Below, piece after piece: positions 1-13,860 of a stretch of DNA of 64,000 nucleotides. This stretch comes from Camelus ferus (taxonomy: Eukaryota), in assembly GCF_009834535.1 (NCBI RefSeq), contig NC_045697.1, forward strand, positions 83,764,001-83,828,000, in the 5' to 3' direction. The position numbers and the translations under genes were made by a program. The first letter of the stretch is position 1; every line of letters starts with the position of its first letter. Below the pieces are notes generated by a model that saw nothing but the letters and a program-made list of their open reading frames with translations, was not told the origin of the DNA and did not search any database.

Positions 1-1096
1 GGGCATGAAAGCCTGAGGTTGCTGAAATTGATTATTTTTATATATAATTGTATGTTAAAGTTACAATTTTCTTTAACTTTTAAGAAGCCATGTCATTTAA
101 GGCACAAGTAGAGCTGATTTTTCTCTTGCAAATTAAGAAGAGACAAAAAGAAGGTAGGACTCCTTTTAGTTTTGGAAATAATCAAAGAGGCAGGAAAAAG
201 CTTATAAGAATTTTACATTTTAGCTTTATTTGAAATAACATAGCTGGAAATGAACTCAATGTCCAAAGCAATAAAAGGGTAAAGAAATTTAGAATTGGAA
301 TATATTGAACCCACCAAAGGGAAAATTTCTGAAGAATATTTAATGAAGTAGGGAAAAAACAAAATAAGTTCACTGGGGAAAAAAGCTAGTAACAAGCTAT
401 ATGACACTATACAGATTTTTCTATAAATTTTTCAACCAAAAATTTGAAAGTATTATCTCTGGGTATAGAATAATTGGTATTTTAAAGTCCCCGCCCCAAC
501 ATTTTTTATTTCTAAAATCTGCATTGTTAATTTTTATATTTTTTAAATATATATATTTTATATATTTTAAAGAGTATGAGTTGCATTAGTAGGAAAAGTA
601 AATAAGGAAAGGGTTTTAGAATAACTGTGTTAAACATATTTTCAAAAATGTACAGGGAAAATAATAGTCCTAAGAAAGAAATAACTGAAAAAGTTCTGTT
701 TTTACTACATTCTTCCCTAAATGAAAGAAACAGCCTCACGTTAAAGACACTATGTGCAAAAATTCATGTTGGCCTCAGATTTCAGGACCTTTGTAACAGG
801 TTCCTATATCACATTCTATTTTACTACCTGGTGTGGGCCCTATTTTCCTGACTGGATCCTGACTAATTGTGGTACTTTTCTTCTAAGAAGCAGTACTTCC
901 TGAATAACAAAAATTAGATGTGCAAAAACCCCTAACTGTATATTGATCACTCCTCTGTCTCTTCCTGGGTACCAAACACCGCCTGCTCTTGCCTTTGTGC
1001 AATGTCTCCCCTTTGCATCTGCTGCTGGCTATCTTCAGTGAGAAACCAGGGGCCCACCAAGGATAAAATCCGGACTGAGATCAAAAAAGACTTTGA

Positions 1097-1285
1097 TACT
1101 ATATATAAAATAGATAAACAACAAGGTCCTACTGTATAGCACAGGAAACTATATTCAATATCTTGTAATAACTTACAATGAAAAAGAATATATATATAAA
1201 TAAATGTATAACTGAATCACTATGCTGTGCACCAGAAACTAACACAACATTGTAAATCAACAGTACTTTAATAAAAGAAAAAAAC
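1097..1285 (+). mobile_element. L1 3' end fragment (laurasiatherian/artiodactyl type)
   Basis: aaggtcctactgtatagcacaggaaactatattcaatatcttgtaataac...aactaacacaacattgtaaatcaac...aataaaa plus A-tail. Confidence 0.85.
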
Positions 1286-2535
1286 ATCTTTTTTTAAGTT
1301 TGACTCTATCTCAGAAAGATTATGGAGAAAAAAAACCCTCTCTTAAAAGTTGTCCAAAATTTCAAAACAGGAGCAGCATGTTCCAGAATACAGTGCCTGT
1401 TCCTACACGCTACTGTCAGTGTTATACATAGTCAGGACCATCTGATCTAGGTTCTGTGTTTCCGCTGGGCAGCAAAAATTATTACTGGCACTTTAATCTT
1501 AAATAAGTCCCACTGAATTGTAGAAATCACAAGATAATTTTCATACATTTCTTTGTATTTTGAAGTTTCTTTAAATGAGCCTTAAGAAGCAGCAAACTTT
1601 ATTTAAAAATCATGTGCAAGGTTTCTAAAAAAATGTCAGACTCAACAGATTACTCTGTTCAAAACATTGAAACAGAAACATAGTTCCCCCTATAATTCTT
1701 TCTCTTATTACCTTTCTAAATTGAAAAGAAAGACAACATAATAGTAAAAATTAGTTCCAGTAAAGATAAAAGGTTTAAAGAAGTGTCCTTCATTTTGTTT
1801 TACCAGTACACAGAGAACTCAGTATTTCACTTGGTGGGCCAGTGTGAGAGAGGTGAGATTCAAAGCCGCCCTTGGTCTGAAACATCACTGCCTCAAGGCT
1901 GTGTACTTCCTTTTACGACCCTTGTGGTGGAACATGAACAATTACCTGGATGTCAAAGTGGTGTAGAACCAGATAGGATGATTTCTAGAATCGAAACCAA
2001 AAAAGTAACCTTCCGTCTTTGAACTAAAGTCAAACAACAGTAGACCTTGTATTAGTGGACACACACCACACACCCTGTAGAACCTCTGCCTTCGTAGACT
2101 GTTGCTTTATGTAAAAATGCAGATAGACAGCAGAGGGAGGCAGGCTGGACAGCCATCGTTTCATCAGAGCTGCTGCAGATTTAGAAATTTAACTCTTTAC
2201 AATTTCCCTCTAGGTTTCTCAAACTATAATTCACTGAAGATTGAACTGATCATGTTCGTAGCAAAACACTGCTTTATTTATATAATTATATTATCATAAG
2301 TTTGGAGATTTTTCTAAAGGACTTTAATTTTAATGCAGGCAGTCACATCTTTAGTTTAGCCATCCAGAAAGCAGTATTTTCCTATTTTAATTTCCTGTGA
2401 GGTTGGCACATTACTGTTCCAATACAGAAGAGGTTTGGAACAGGTCAGTGACTTGCACAAAGTCCCATGGTAGGTGATCAGATCTACTGACTGTAGGACC
2501 TGCAGAGGCTTAATATCTAAGATTTGCTGCTCACT

Positions 2536-2699
2536 TTCTTTTTCTTTTCTTTTAAATTTTTTTTTGGAGAGGGAGATAATTAGGTTTGCTTGTTTGTTTG
2601 TTTGTTTGTTTGTTTATTTTAATGGAGGTACCGAGGATTGAACCCAGAACCTCGTGCATGCTAACCATGTGCTCTACCACTGAGCTGTACCCTCCCCCC
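2536..2699 (-). mobile_element. tRNA-derived SINE (camelid Vic-1-like)
   Basis: Reverse complement reads ggggagggtacagctcagtggtagagcac...gggttcaatcctcggtacctccatt, with Pol III A and B boxes and an (AAAC)n/A-rich tail. Confidence 0.88.
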
Positions 2700-2869
2700 A
2701 CACCCGCTGCTTCCTCACTTTAGATGCTTACAGTCTTTCACCACTATAGTCCGGGTTGCAACACCAATCTTTTCAGAAACATACTTATTTGTGCTTATAA
2801 CAAATTCCTAAAACACAGAAGAGGGATTCAGAGGGCCCTTACCTCTCACTACAGAAAGAGATGGATCAG

Positions 2870-3080
2870 TGTAGGGACTGAAAACTTGGCTTCCAAAGCT
2901 TGGCTGCCTGCATGTAAAGCCTCACTCTGCTACTCACTGGCTGTCCATTCTTGGATGACTTACTTCATCTCACAGTTCCCCATCTGCATGATGGAGTTAA
3001 TATTAGTACATGATGCAGGACTATGTAGGACTATTGAGAAAAGCAAATGAGAAAATTCATTTAATGACTGGCACATGGTG
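2870..3080 (+). mobile_element. MIR SINE, old
   Basis: Core-like cagttccccatctgcatgatggag...ctggcacatggt. Confidence 0.6.
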
Positions 3081-3759
3081 AATTATTATGACATTACCAA
3101 ATTACCCTTGAGACAGTGTGTATGAATTTGCACTCCCTAGAAGTTAAGTATTTTTGTTACGTTAAGCTGCTAAAATTTTGAGTTTAAATTTACTTCTCTG
3201 ACTCATACAACCTCAGTTGTAGAATCTGCATGAAGTAGTCTTATGTGGTGGTCATTTCTGTTTCTTCTGCTTTCAAGTCAGTTTCTTAACCTCATGAAGC
3301 TCAAGATCATCTGCTGGTCTTGGACGGTCTCCCGGGGAGGCAAGGGGTGGCCGCAGCTCACCCCAGGGACACAGACACAGCGGCGGTGGCAGACATATCA
3401 GAGAGCATTCATCCCACAAACCCTCCCTCCTGGCAGTGGACATCCTGCTTGGGTCATCAGCACCTGGTTCTCAGGTTTCTAACTGTACAAAGAGTCTTCT
3501 TTTAATGTTCTCAGAGCAAAACCACCACGTCCAGCCACGGTATTCCATCACAGTTGTGCAGATTATCTGCACCAAGGACACAAGTGATTTGTGGCCGTTA
3601 GATCAGTTCCCACCCTCTGAGGAGCTTAAAGCAGTCCACTGGATCTCTTTAGTTTTAGCCTCGTCACAGAGCATTCACTGGTTTCCCCAAATCAGTGATA
3701 ACCTCTGAGTGTTCCACATGTAACTAAATGCACCAGGCCTCATTTGGCATTTATTTGGC

Positions 3760-3870
3760 ATTTATTGAGCACATGTTTACTGAGCACTTCCTGTGTGCAG
3801 CACTGTGCAAAGGGCTGGGATAGAAAATGAGGTAGGCACAGTCCCAGCCTTCCAGGAGCCTACAGGGCAG
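3760..3870 (-). mobile_element. L2 3' end fragment
   Basis: ttattgagcac...ctgtgtgcagcactgtgc...cccagccttccaggagcctacag. Confidence 0.55.
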
Positions 3871-4348
3871 ACTTCTAATCACGTCTGCACCACTGTCTCA
3901 AATATATCCATGAATTCTAGGGGACAAAGCAGTCGTTGGAGCACATGCACAATGCACTGGCATATCATTTTCCTCCAAAGCCTCCAAAATGGACCCGAGT
4001 TCCTTCAAGCCATTCCAGTCTGGAGGCAGAATAACAAGTTCGCAGTAACAGTCCTCTCCTCTATCTTCAACTGTGAGGCCGGCTGTCCTTCTTCAAAAGG
4101 CCCATCTCTGCACATTCTCAGAAGTTATCACCTGTGTGCTCAAGAACTCAGTCATCTCATTTATCAGATCTTGCTTCTTCTCTTCCTCCTCCCCCATATT
4201 AGTGTCCTAGGAAGCTGTCCCCAAGCCCTTAATGTAGAAGTTCCACTGCGTTCACTGCTGAAGCTGTGAGAATCACTCTTCTCTCACTTTAGTGATAAAG
4301 TAACACCTGGGCCTCAAACAGTAACGAGATCTGGCTTCCATTTGTTTG

Positions 4349-4373
4349 TTGGTTGGTTGGTTGGTTGGTTGGT
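4349..4373. repeat. (TTGG)n microsatellite
   Basis: ttggttggttggttggttggttgg. Confidence 0.9.
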
Positions 4374-5924
4374 GAGAAGGGTTTTTGATATTTAGTTGCT
4401 GTCCCCTCTCCCTAGAACTCATCTATGGGTCAATGAGGCTGGAAGGAATCCCATCTGAGAGTCCTCCTCCCAATTCTGTCTCCTGGCAGGTCTCAGCAGG
4501 ACTTAGGGACATGCTAGGTGTATCTGAGTTCTGTGGTAAGCAGTTTATTCTCAAGCTGGGAACTTTGCTCTACCTGCTTATAAAAATGACTACCCATACA
4601 AAACTTTCTAGGAATAACTATACCAAACTCCATGAGAAGATTGTGTTGGGGTTGGGGTATTGTGTATTGAATTTGTCCTTATTTTCTAAATTTTCTAAGG
4701 TTCTGTCATGTAATTATATGACTTTGAAAATGAAAAAAACTTATAGCCATATTTAAGAAAAGCATAGTGGTTCTGGAAAATTATACCCTCCACGGCGTGA
4801 CTTCAGCTGTCCTGGACAGATTTGAATCAGTGCTCTAGGGTTGGTGCTGGCATAGCATTGGTGATCCAGTCCATCTGGGACAGGCTGAGGTTCTGGGTAG
4901 AACTCTAGTCTTAGTCCGGGGAAGGAGTGCTGAACAGGGAAACTGAGGCATAAAACCAGTTTTCCATGTTCCAGGCACCTATCCCTGGCACTCCAAGTAC
5001 TGGATCAATCATCAAAACCCGAGTCTCATCAGCCAGTGGGGTACATTCCTTGCTTCATCTGGAATGGCTCAAAACTTGCATGTGCGGGCTTTCAGTAACC
5101 ATAACCTGCAGCCAGAGTCTAGCTGGGAGCATCTTTAGAAGCCGAACCTGGTTACTTCTTGATCCCTTCACAACTCAACCTAAGACAGAGACAAGCACTA
5201 GGAAGCCCAGTGCTTGCCAAGTTTATTCTTGTCCTCTGACCATGTTTTAACCCATTGTTCACCAATTTCTTTATCAGAAGAAATAATTCTTACTTACTCC
5301 ATCTAATTTTTTAAGTCATTTTAATGCCTCTACATGGTACATTTACTAGAAATTCAGAAAAGAAATAGGATGCTATGAATAACTTGTGCCAAGTGTAAGA
5401 GCAGGATGACTTGATAATCTTACCATATTTTGAAATGTGATCCACAGTGTTCTTAATATGTTTATTGGCAAACTTATGTTGAGTTTGTGGTCATTATATG
5501 TATTTAGCCTTTGTCATTTATAGCAATTTTATATGTGCGATTTCACTTATTTCTTTTCTGTGTGTTTGTAACTTTCGCAGTCTGTGGAGATTGGCAATTC
5601 TGAAAAATTATTTTCATTATAAACGCAAAACTCACTTATTGTGGAGAACTTTGTAAATACAAGAAAACATTAAAAAAAAACACTTAAGTAATCCATAATC
5701 CTAACACAAGGGATAATCATTTTAATATATTTATGCATCATTTAGTTTAGTGGTATTTTTAAAATCACAATGCAATGACTGGGTTCACTAGATAAGCAAA
5801 AGACAGCAAGCTTGCCCTGTTTATAACATCCTTCTAAGTGGTTTCTTCAGTTAAATTTCTCTGCTGCTACCTTGCCCCCTAGCTAGATCTGACTGGCCAA
5901 AATAGGCATTGTTCTGCAGGATTT

Positions 5925-6430
5925 AGGCATAACATGGACCCCCCTCAAAAATGTCCACAACTTAATCCCTGGAACCTGCTGCCATCTTATGTTACATGGG
6001 AACTGGGAATGAAGGCTGCATATAGAATTAAGGATGCTAATCAGCTGACATTAATTACCCTGGATTATCCATGTGGGCCCAATGTAAGCACAAGGGTCCT
6101 TAAAAGTGGAAGTCAGCCAAAAAAGGAGAGAGTGAGAAAGAGACGTGACAAGGAAAGCGGGATCAGAGAGATGCTATGTTGCTGGCTTTGAAGATGGAGA
6201 AAAGGGAGCCATGAACCAAACAATGCTGGTGACCTCAAGCAGCTAGAAAAGCCAAGAAGATAGATTCTCTCCTACAGCCCCCAGAAAGGAAGTCAGCATT
6301 ATTAACACCAGGATTTTAGCCCCGTGAGACCCATGCTGGGCTTCTGAAACAGAAATGTAAGATAATACATCTGTGTTGTTTTATGCTGCTGGGTTTGTGG
6401 TAATTTGCTGCTGCAGCGAAAGGAAACTGA
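5925..6430 (+). mobile_element. MaLR solo LTR (MLT1C/D-like)
   Basis: taatccctggaacctg...ctggattatcc..gtgggcccaatgtaagcacaagggtccttaaaagtggaag...gctggctttgaagatgga...gtttgtggtaatttg. Confidence 0.85.
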
Positions 6431-6554
6431 ATTCCTTCGTTTAGTCTTTCAAAAAAATAAGGGCTTTCTCTATGCCAGGCAGTGTATTAGGTGCTGGGGC
6501 ATTATGCTAGATGCAAGAAACAGTAGTGAAGGGACACACAGAAGGAAAGAGGGG

Positions 6555-6696
6555 TTTTTTTGTTTTTTTGTTTTTTATAATTTGAGGGGAGAGGTAATTA
6601 GGTTTTTATTTATTTTTTTAATGGAGGTATTGAGTATTAAACCCTGGACCTCATGCATGCTAAGTATGTGCTCTACCACTAAGCTATACCCTCCCC
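6555..6696 (-). mobile_element. tRNA-derived SINE (Vic-1-like)
   Basis: Same consensus as 2536-2699: aggtaattagg...atggaggta...catgctaagtatgtgctctaccactaagctataccctcccc. Confidence 0.88.
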
Positions 6697-7798
6697 TCTG
6701 GGAAACAGAAATAGACAAGAAAAAAAAAAAAAAAAAAAAAAAGGAAGAATTGATGCCACCCTTAATTCCAAAGTTTAGCAGTCAATTTACCAGAACAGCT
6801 GCAGCCTCTCGGCCTCTTGCCTTATTGTTGGAAGACAGTTCTCCATGGGTCTCTTATATTTCTTCATGTCTTATGAGAAGAGGCATTGAGTGACTCTTTC
6901 CAAGATAATCTTTTCAAAAATAATCATTTATATAGAAAAATCAAATAAAATTTAGGCTAGAAAAAAATGGCATGGCTGTAACAGTTACAAAAGGAAAGTT
7001 CACAGTAAAATTATGGTTCATTTTATTTAGGAAAAAAATCAATTTAGATGAATTAAAAATATTGATTATAAAATGTGAGAGTAACTTCAGTGAAAGTGAA
7101 ACTAAAAATGAGAAAACTGGAAATGTTAACTAAGTTACATAGAAAATTGATGGAGGAACTAACTGGCTTGTAGTGTAATGTTGAAAGTACTGACTGGTTG
7201 GAAAATTGTCTAAGTTGGTTCACAAGTTGTGTACTCCAATTATAATAATTGTATTTAATATTTCCTCAGGGCCAAAACATTGGGGTCAAAATGATCAAAA
7301 CTGAAGAGGTATATTTCTTATAAAAAGAAATACCTAACTAAAATATTTAGGTAGAACTTCTGAAATGCCATACTGAAGTTATGACTTCTCATGTACTTGA
7401 TAAATTACTTTTAAACAAGCTAATTCCTGAAGCATTGGAATAAGCCACATTAACGCAAAAATACCTTTGGTCTTTGACTATGTTTATTTACCTACTCTCA
7501 GAAGTGAGATCTGTGTCTTCAGCAAAATAATCACTGAAAAGATATAAAGTAATGAACTGCAATATTCACCAGATAAAGTAGGAAAGAATTTTAGAGTATT
7601 TTCGTTTCTTTATCTCAATTCCACAAGTGTAATCTTCATCTGATTTCCTTCTGTATATTTCTACACCACTAAGTAAAATAAAACAGTTCAGGATACTTTC
7701 TCTGATTATTTCGACATAAGACTTGCATATATAAAATTAAATTTAAAAGACATTTCCCCCTTATTCATCCAGAATAGTTATATGTTCTTAAAATTCTT

Positions 7799-7991
7799 TT
7801 TTTCTTATTTTTTTAAACATTTTTTATTGATTTATAATCATTTTACAATGTTGTGTCAAATTCCAGCATTCAGCACAATTTTTCAGTCATACATGGACAT
7901 ATATACACTCATTGTCACATTTTTTTCTCTGTGAGCTACCATAACATTTTGTGTATATTTCCCTGTGCTATACAGTATAATCTTGTTTATC
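7799..7991 (-). mobile_element. Young 5'-truncated L1 3' end with 16 bp target-site duplication
   Basis: Perfect TSD tgttcttaaaattctt at 7783-7798 and 7992-8007; T-rich tail; ttccctgtgctatacagtataatcttgtttatct. Confidence 0.88.
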
Positions 7992-10248
7992 TGTTCTTAA
8001 AATTCTTAAGTCTCACCACTCCAAGATAATTGAGGTTATATTTTGCACATTTCCTTTCAGTTGTTTAGGACCTTATATTTTACATATCATATAGCAAAAT
8101 AAAATAAAGTCTGATTTTTCACTGTGAACGTAATATAGAAAATTTAGAAAAACTGTAACATTAACATAAAAAGAATAAATCATCAAAAATACAAAACAAT
8201 TTAATGACTTAAATTTACTGTAAAGTAAAATTAAATTAATCAGTTTTTATTAATTTCTAATCCTCTACATTTTCTTAAGCATATTAGAAAAAAATTAAAT
8301 GTTGCACATAAAATTAATGCTAGAAGGGTATAAAAGCCATATTTATATGGCTATAACTTTCCACCAACATTTTCCCTGAGTAGGGAAAAATTGCAACTAC
8401 TAGAAAGATTGATTACAGTGTTTAAAATGTATGAAATCAGCTACATAAATTGAGAAACATGTTACAGATCAATTTACTTCATGTCACAGATGTATTAAAA
8501 GATATTGACCAGAGACAGAAGACAAATAAAATGTAAAAAAAGGAAAAACATTTCTATTGATCTAGCTCAAGGATAGGTTACCACTACCAGTTTAGAGTCT
8601 TCAAAGTTGATATATATTGTTCCTAATAATACACTTTAAGGCAGTAAGGTAGGCCTACTCTTACTGAAAAAACAAAAAACAACAAAAAAACTCCAGTATC
8701 CGGAAGGGGTTAACAAGATGTCTTGGGAAAAAATAAAGTGCACAGGGCCAAACACATTTATTGCCAGGGCGTGAAAAACAATTGAAAAACATTAATATGC
8801 TCAGAACATTTGTATACTGACCCACTTTTCCATAAGTTAGAAAAGAACATGAAATATTGAATAAAAAGTCACAAAATTCTGAAAAAATTATATATATATA
8901 ATTAAAAAACTGTATTAGGAACATTTTTGACAAGTTCCAACACATTTTAGTAGAGATATTTAACTATGATTTAAAGAATATTATTCAATATATTAATAAT
9001 GAAGATCTTATTATTTCTAAAATGTGAGTCATAGGAAAAAGTGGTTATGTTGAACATTTATTTTTAACCAAGAAAAACATCCATGAAACCTTCTAAATAA
9101 GGTTGGTCAACAAAAAGTAGTGCCCTTCGAATATTCTAGTCCATAGTATTCAACCTTCATTTAATTATCTAGTTCAAATTGCTATGATTTATTAAGTACA
9201 ATATGGATAGAAATGACATAATACCCAGAAGATATTATTTAAGAGTCTAAGATTAATACTGAGAATACCAAAGCGATTGAATAATGCAATATGTTAAGCA
9301 TGACAGAGCAGAATCTACAAGCTACCATTTGTAGTATATTGTTCTGACGAAAATTAATGATAGGGAACATTTTATTGGTGAATAAAAGGTTTAATCAGTG
9401 AGTATGTACAATGAGATAATGCTATCAGAACAAACTGATGCTTTTTAAACCACTGCCTCACAGATTACATGAAATTTAACAAAAGGCAAACTTTTGATAG
9501 AGAATCTTTGTATTTTCCAGATTTGCAGAGCAATCCTCTTTGAATATTAAATAATCACATTTTCACATTTCCTCTCCTTTCCCAGACTGACTGCTGGAGG
9601 CAAATTTCAGATCGACTTCTAACACTTTTGATGGAGGAATATATTTAAAGCAATACTTTATGCTAATCAGCTATCCATCTGTCTTCTACATACAGCCATT
9701 CAAATCCTCCCAGAATCTGTTTTAAAACACATGCATCCTTTTGCTAGCAACATTACTTATTCCTCTGCCCAATCAAGGCAAACATACTAATTATCCATGA
9801 GTCATACGGCTCTCAAATACACAAGTTTCATTTTCTACTATTATTATAAATCTAGGCAATGTCTTCTTATTCTTTCCTCTTTGTCCTGCCCATCAGAGAT
9901 GTTCACACTAGGATATTCAATATAGGTCCATAGGCATCTGAAAATATAACCCTGAGAATAATATATTAATAATAATGTTCTACCTTCTCCCCTCCCCCAC
10001 CAATCTACTTCTATCTTTCAGTTTGAAGACACTCACAGAATTTCTAACTAACTTAATGATATTCAGTGTTCGTCGTTTTACTAAGGTATCTATTTACTAT
10101 GAAATCTGTGATATCTATTTAACTATCTATCATCTAGCCTTGAGAAAATTCACCAAAAATAAATATTTTCAAGACAATGAAAGAATATTCATTAATGAAA
10201 AGTAGTCAAATAAAGATAAAGGAAAAAAACTCTTATCACATCATTCTT

Positions 10249-10888
10249 CAGTGGTATACTAAAGGGTGGCATAACATTTATTAGTTTTGTCAAGCCAATC
10301 CCCAAAAAGGTATGAAACTTTAACAAAAGGCAAACTTCTTGATATGAAATATTCATTGCTATGATTTCAGATTTCACATAGCAACTAGGCTTTAAAAAAT
10401 TACCACATGTCAAGTTTCCATGTAGTATGAAGAAGAATATCCATAATTATCTGAAAAGAATATTGAAGTTTTAAAGGCTTACATTCCTTTCCAGATATCT
10501 GCACGAGACCAGATTTTCTTCATATACCTCAACCAAAACAACATAACACAGCGAAGTGAATGCAGGAAAAAATATGAGAATCTGGCCATTCTTTATTAAG
10601 CCAAACATTAAACAGATTTTTTAAAAATGTAAAACAATGCCAATCTTTTCAAAAGAATCTTTTGTTTTGGAAAATACAGTTATTTTCATAAAACATATTG
10701 TTTATGCTAACGTATAGTGGGATAGTTATTTTTAAATGAATGAATTTCTTAAGTTTTTCTCGGTTTTAATTTCTAACCTTGTAAATAATGATTGATATAA
10801 TCCTCACAAACATAAATTGAGCTCTTTGAGGTTCCCAGTTTTTAAGAGGATAAAGGGGTCCTTGACTAAAATGTCTGAGAACCACTGA
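10249..10888 (+). mobile_element. hAT-Charlie DNA transposon remnant (Charlie1-like)
   Basis: Decayed transposase 3' part (aagccaaacattaaacagattt...aaaatgtaaaacaatgcca) ending in TIR-like gagaaccactg; left boundary approximate. Confidence 0.75.
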
Positions 10889-12619
10889 ATTATTTCATGC
10901 CCTTTGAATTGCAGTTGAGGAACCTGGGATACAAAATGGTTAGGTGATTTTATCCAAGTCATAAAGCTAGTTCATTTTCATGGCTCCAGAATTTCAAAAG
11001 CCTACTTTATATTTATAAATAAAAATTCTAATTTTATAAATTAAATTATATTTTTTATTTTACTGAATTCTATTAAAATACTCCTAGTTATATTAAGGTA
11101 ACTATAAGACTGTTTTGACATTTTAAAATTCTTTTAAAAACTCTATACACAATGTATCTTATGAAACTATATAGTATATTTCAAATTTCATTTTCTTTTA
11201 GAATTATTTAAGAATCCGAGTTACATCTTGGATAAGTTGATGATTTTTTTTCCCTATTCTTGTGTTTTATTATTGTGTTGAGTTCCACGGGGTCTCAAGT
11301 AAATGAATACAAATAATATCAAAAAGTTTTTTTCATTTCAAAATAAGGAATGTCTTCAATGTTCTAATATACACACACACATAAACTTTATAAACTTTTA
11401 AGTTTATAAGGTATAGTTCACTGAGGCTATCCTGAGATATCTGAGTTGTATTCTAAAAACACAATTTAAAATAATCTAAGACAATTTTTCAGTCTAGCTA
11501 AATTCCAATTTTATCTTTAGATTTATCTGCAACACAATCCCCCAAATTAATCGAACATGTGTAATATAATCCCCTAGTATCTCTAAGAATGTTGCATCCT
11601 TTGTGGCACAAAGTCTTTTGATACCACCATGTAATAAATGTGCCGTTCCACACAAATATAGACACAAAAATCCTACAGTACTTGGAATAAATAGAAACTT
11701 TTACATAGCATCTTGATGAGGTAAGCTTGCTTTATATTCTTTTAACAGAACAAGACACTAAGCAGTAAAGATCTGTTCAGACTTGCTTATGTTAAATCAT
11801 AGAATTACTGGTGAAGTCAAAGGATAAAAATTTCCACGGTTTCTGGAACTTGGAAACACAATAATGGTATCCTCTCTTGCAGTTAGAATCAAGATATGTT
11901 TGAGATATATTTTGTCCTACATCGTTTGTGTGCTTCATGCACCAGGAATAAAAAACATGACTTAGTGGTAACATGAGTTGAATTTATCAGAAACTAGAAC
12001 TCACTTTTCTTTGTTTTTCTAATTCAATAGCAATATTATAAATAGTCCTTTTTGAGGACATACTGCATCCACTAGCAGGAGTTGAATATTCAAAAGGCAA
12101 TTTGCTTGTTGAGCAGAAAATAGAAATATTAAACATTTAATAAATATTAATTGAGTGATCCCTATGTGCTGGGTGTTTGAGATGTGATGAATATGACAGT
12201 CAAGGCCACTGCCCTGATAGATTACCTTTGAGTGGGGGCAAGTGAAGTAAATAACTTCAGCTAGTCAAGTGCAAAATAAAATAATTATGAAAAAGAGTAA
12301 TAACAGAAAGTGATAGAAGAAACATAAGATTCTTTGAATAGGGTCATCAGTGAAGTCACCTTAGAACAGTTGACTGTGGAGAGACCTATTAAGGAAAAGC
12401 TACCAGCATTGGAGGAGGGACCTGCAGATGCTGGGGCCAAGAGTAAAAAGGCACTTGTGTCTGAAAGACAAACAGAAAAGAGGTAGCTGTAAAAACAGGG
12501 AAAAGTAGATATATTTAGATTATTATTATAGAGTTGTTTCTTACAGGAACTGCCAATGATTTCGACATGGGAAGTGAGGGAAAAAGATGATGTATTTATT
12601 TCCACACAGACAAAAATGT

Positions 12620-13860
12620 TAACTATTACTTTACACCAAAAGTACGATCCATAAAAATAAAACTCAGACTTCATCAAAATTAAAACTTTCACTCAGTGAA
12701 AGACTCTTCTAAAAGGACAAAAAGACAAGCTGCCAATTGAAATAAAATATTTGAAAACCACATACTAACAAAGGACTAATATCTAGACTATATAAAGAAC
12801 TCTCAAAACTCAACAGTAAAAAGCAAATAGTGCAGTTAATACATGGGAAAGAGACATGAAGAGACCAAAAAGAGATATGTAGATGGCAAATAAACATGAA
12901 ATTACATTCAACATCATTATTCATTAGGGAAATGCAAATTAAAACCACAATGAGATAGTTTTAGTATTAGAAAGTTTTTTCACTTCAAAATAAGAAATAT
13001 GTCTGCAGTGTTTTTTCTCATCACATTGGTATGTAAGCCACACTATGTGTGTGTATGTGTGTATGTAAATAAAATATCAGAATAGGTAAAATAATAAATA
13101 ATAACACTATCAAATGCCAGCAAGGATGTGGAGAAACCAGACCACTTATACATTCCTGGTGGGAGTATAAAATGATACAAATGCTCTGGAAAACAGTTTA
13201 AAAAAAAAAACTAAACATGCAATTACCATATGACACAGTAATTGCACCCCAGGCATTTATCCCAAAGAAATGAAGACTTATATTCACAAAAATCTGCACA
13301 GGAATGTTTACAGTAGCTTTATTAATAATAGCAAAAACTGGAAAAAAAAACTATATGTCCTTCATTGGTCATATCATCAGACTTGTCATTGGACATAAAT
13401 GGTTAAGCAAATTACGGTATATCCATATCATGCAATACTGCTCAACAATAAAAAAGGAATAAACTATTGATACAGGCAACAATCTGGCTGATTTTCCAGA
13501 GAATCATGCTAAGTGTAAAAAAATTATCCCCAAAGGTTACATACTGTATTATTCCATTTGTATAATATTCTTGAAATGACAAAATAATGGAAATGGAAAA
13601 CCGGTTAGTGGTTTCCAAGGGTTAAGGGAGGAGGTGGGAGTGTGAGGGAAGTGGGTGTGGCTATTAAAGGGCTACATGAAGGATCCTTGTGGAGATAGAA
13701 GTGTTCTATCAATGTCAATATCCTGGTTGTGATACTGAATTACAGTTTTGCAAATTGTTACCACTAGGAGAAACAGGTAAATGGTACATGCAATCTCTAT
13801 TATTTCTTACAACTGCATGAGAATCTACAGTTATCTCAAAATAAAAAGTTTAATTTAAAA
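12620..13860 (+). mobile_element. Old L1 (L1MC-like), ORF2 end and 3' UTR
   Basis: gacttcatcaaaattaaaact, agggaaatgcaaattaaaaccacaatgagata, ggatccttgtgg...ttatctcaaaataaaaagtt. Confidence 0.88.

Noticed and set aside
2625..2699. tRNA-like sequences with A and B boxes (also ~6625-6696 and ~26265-26340)
   Set aside because: They are heads of tRNA-derived SINEs with A-rich tails (TSD clear for the third copy), diverged from one another; not tRNA genes
3243..5250. Cluster of + strand ORFs up to 158 aa
   Set aside because: No recognisable domains, partly overlapping decayed L2 sequence, no coherent exon structure
6405..6893. 162 aa ORF with poly-Lys
   Set aside because: Runs through an LTR end, an antisense SINE and a genomic poly-A tract
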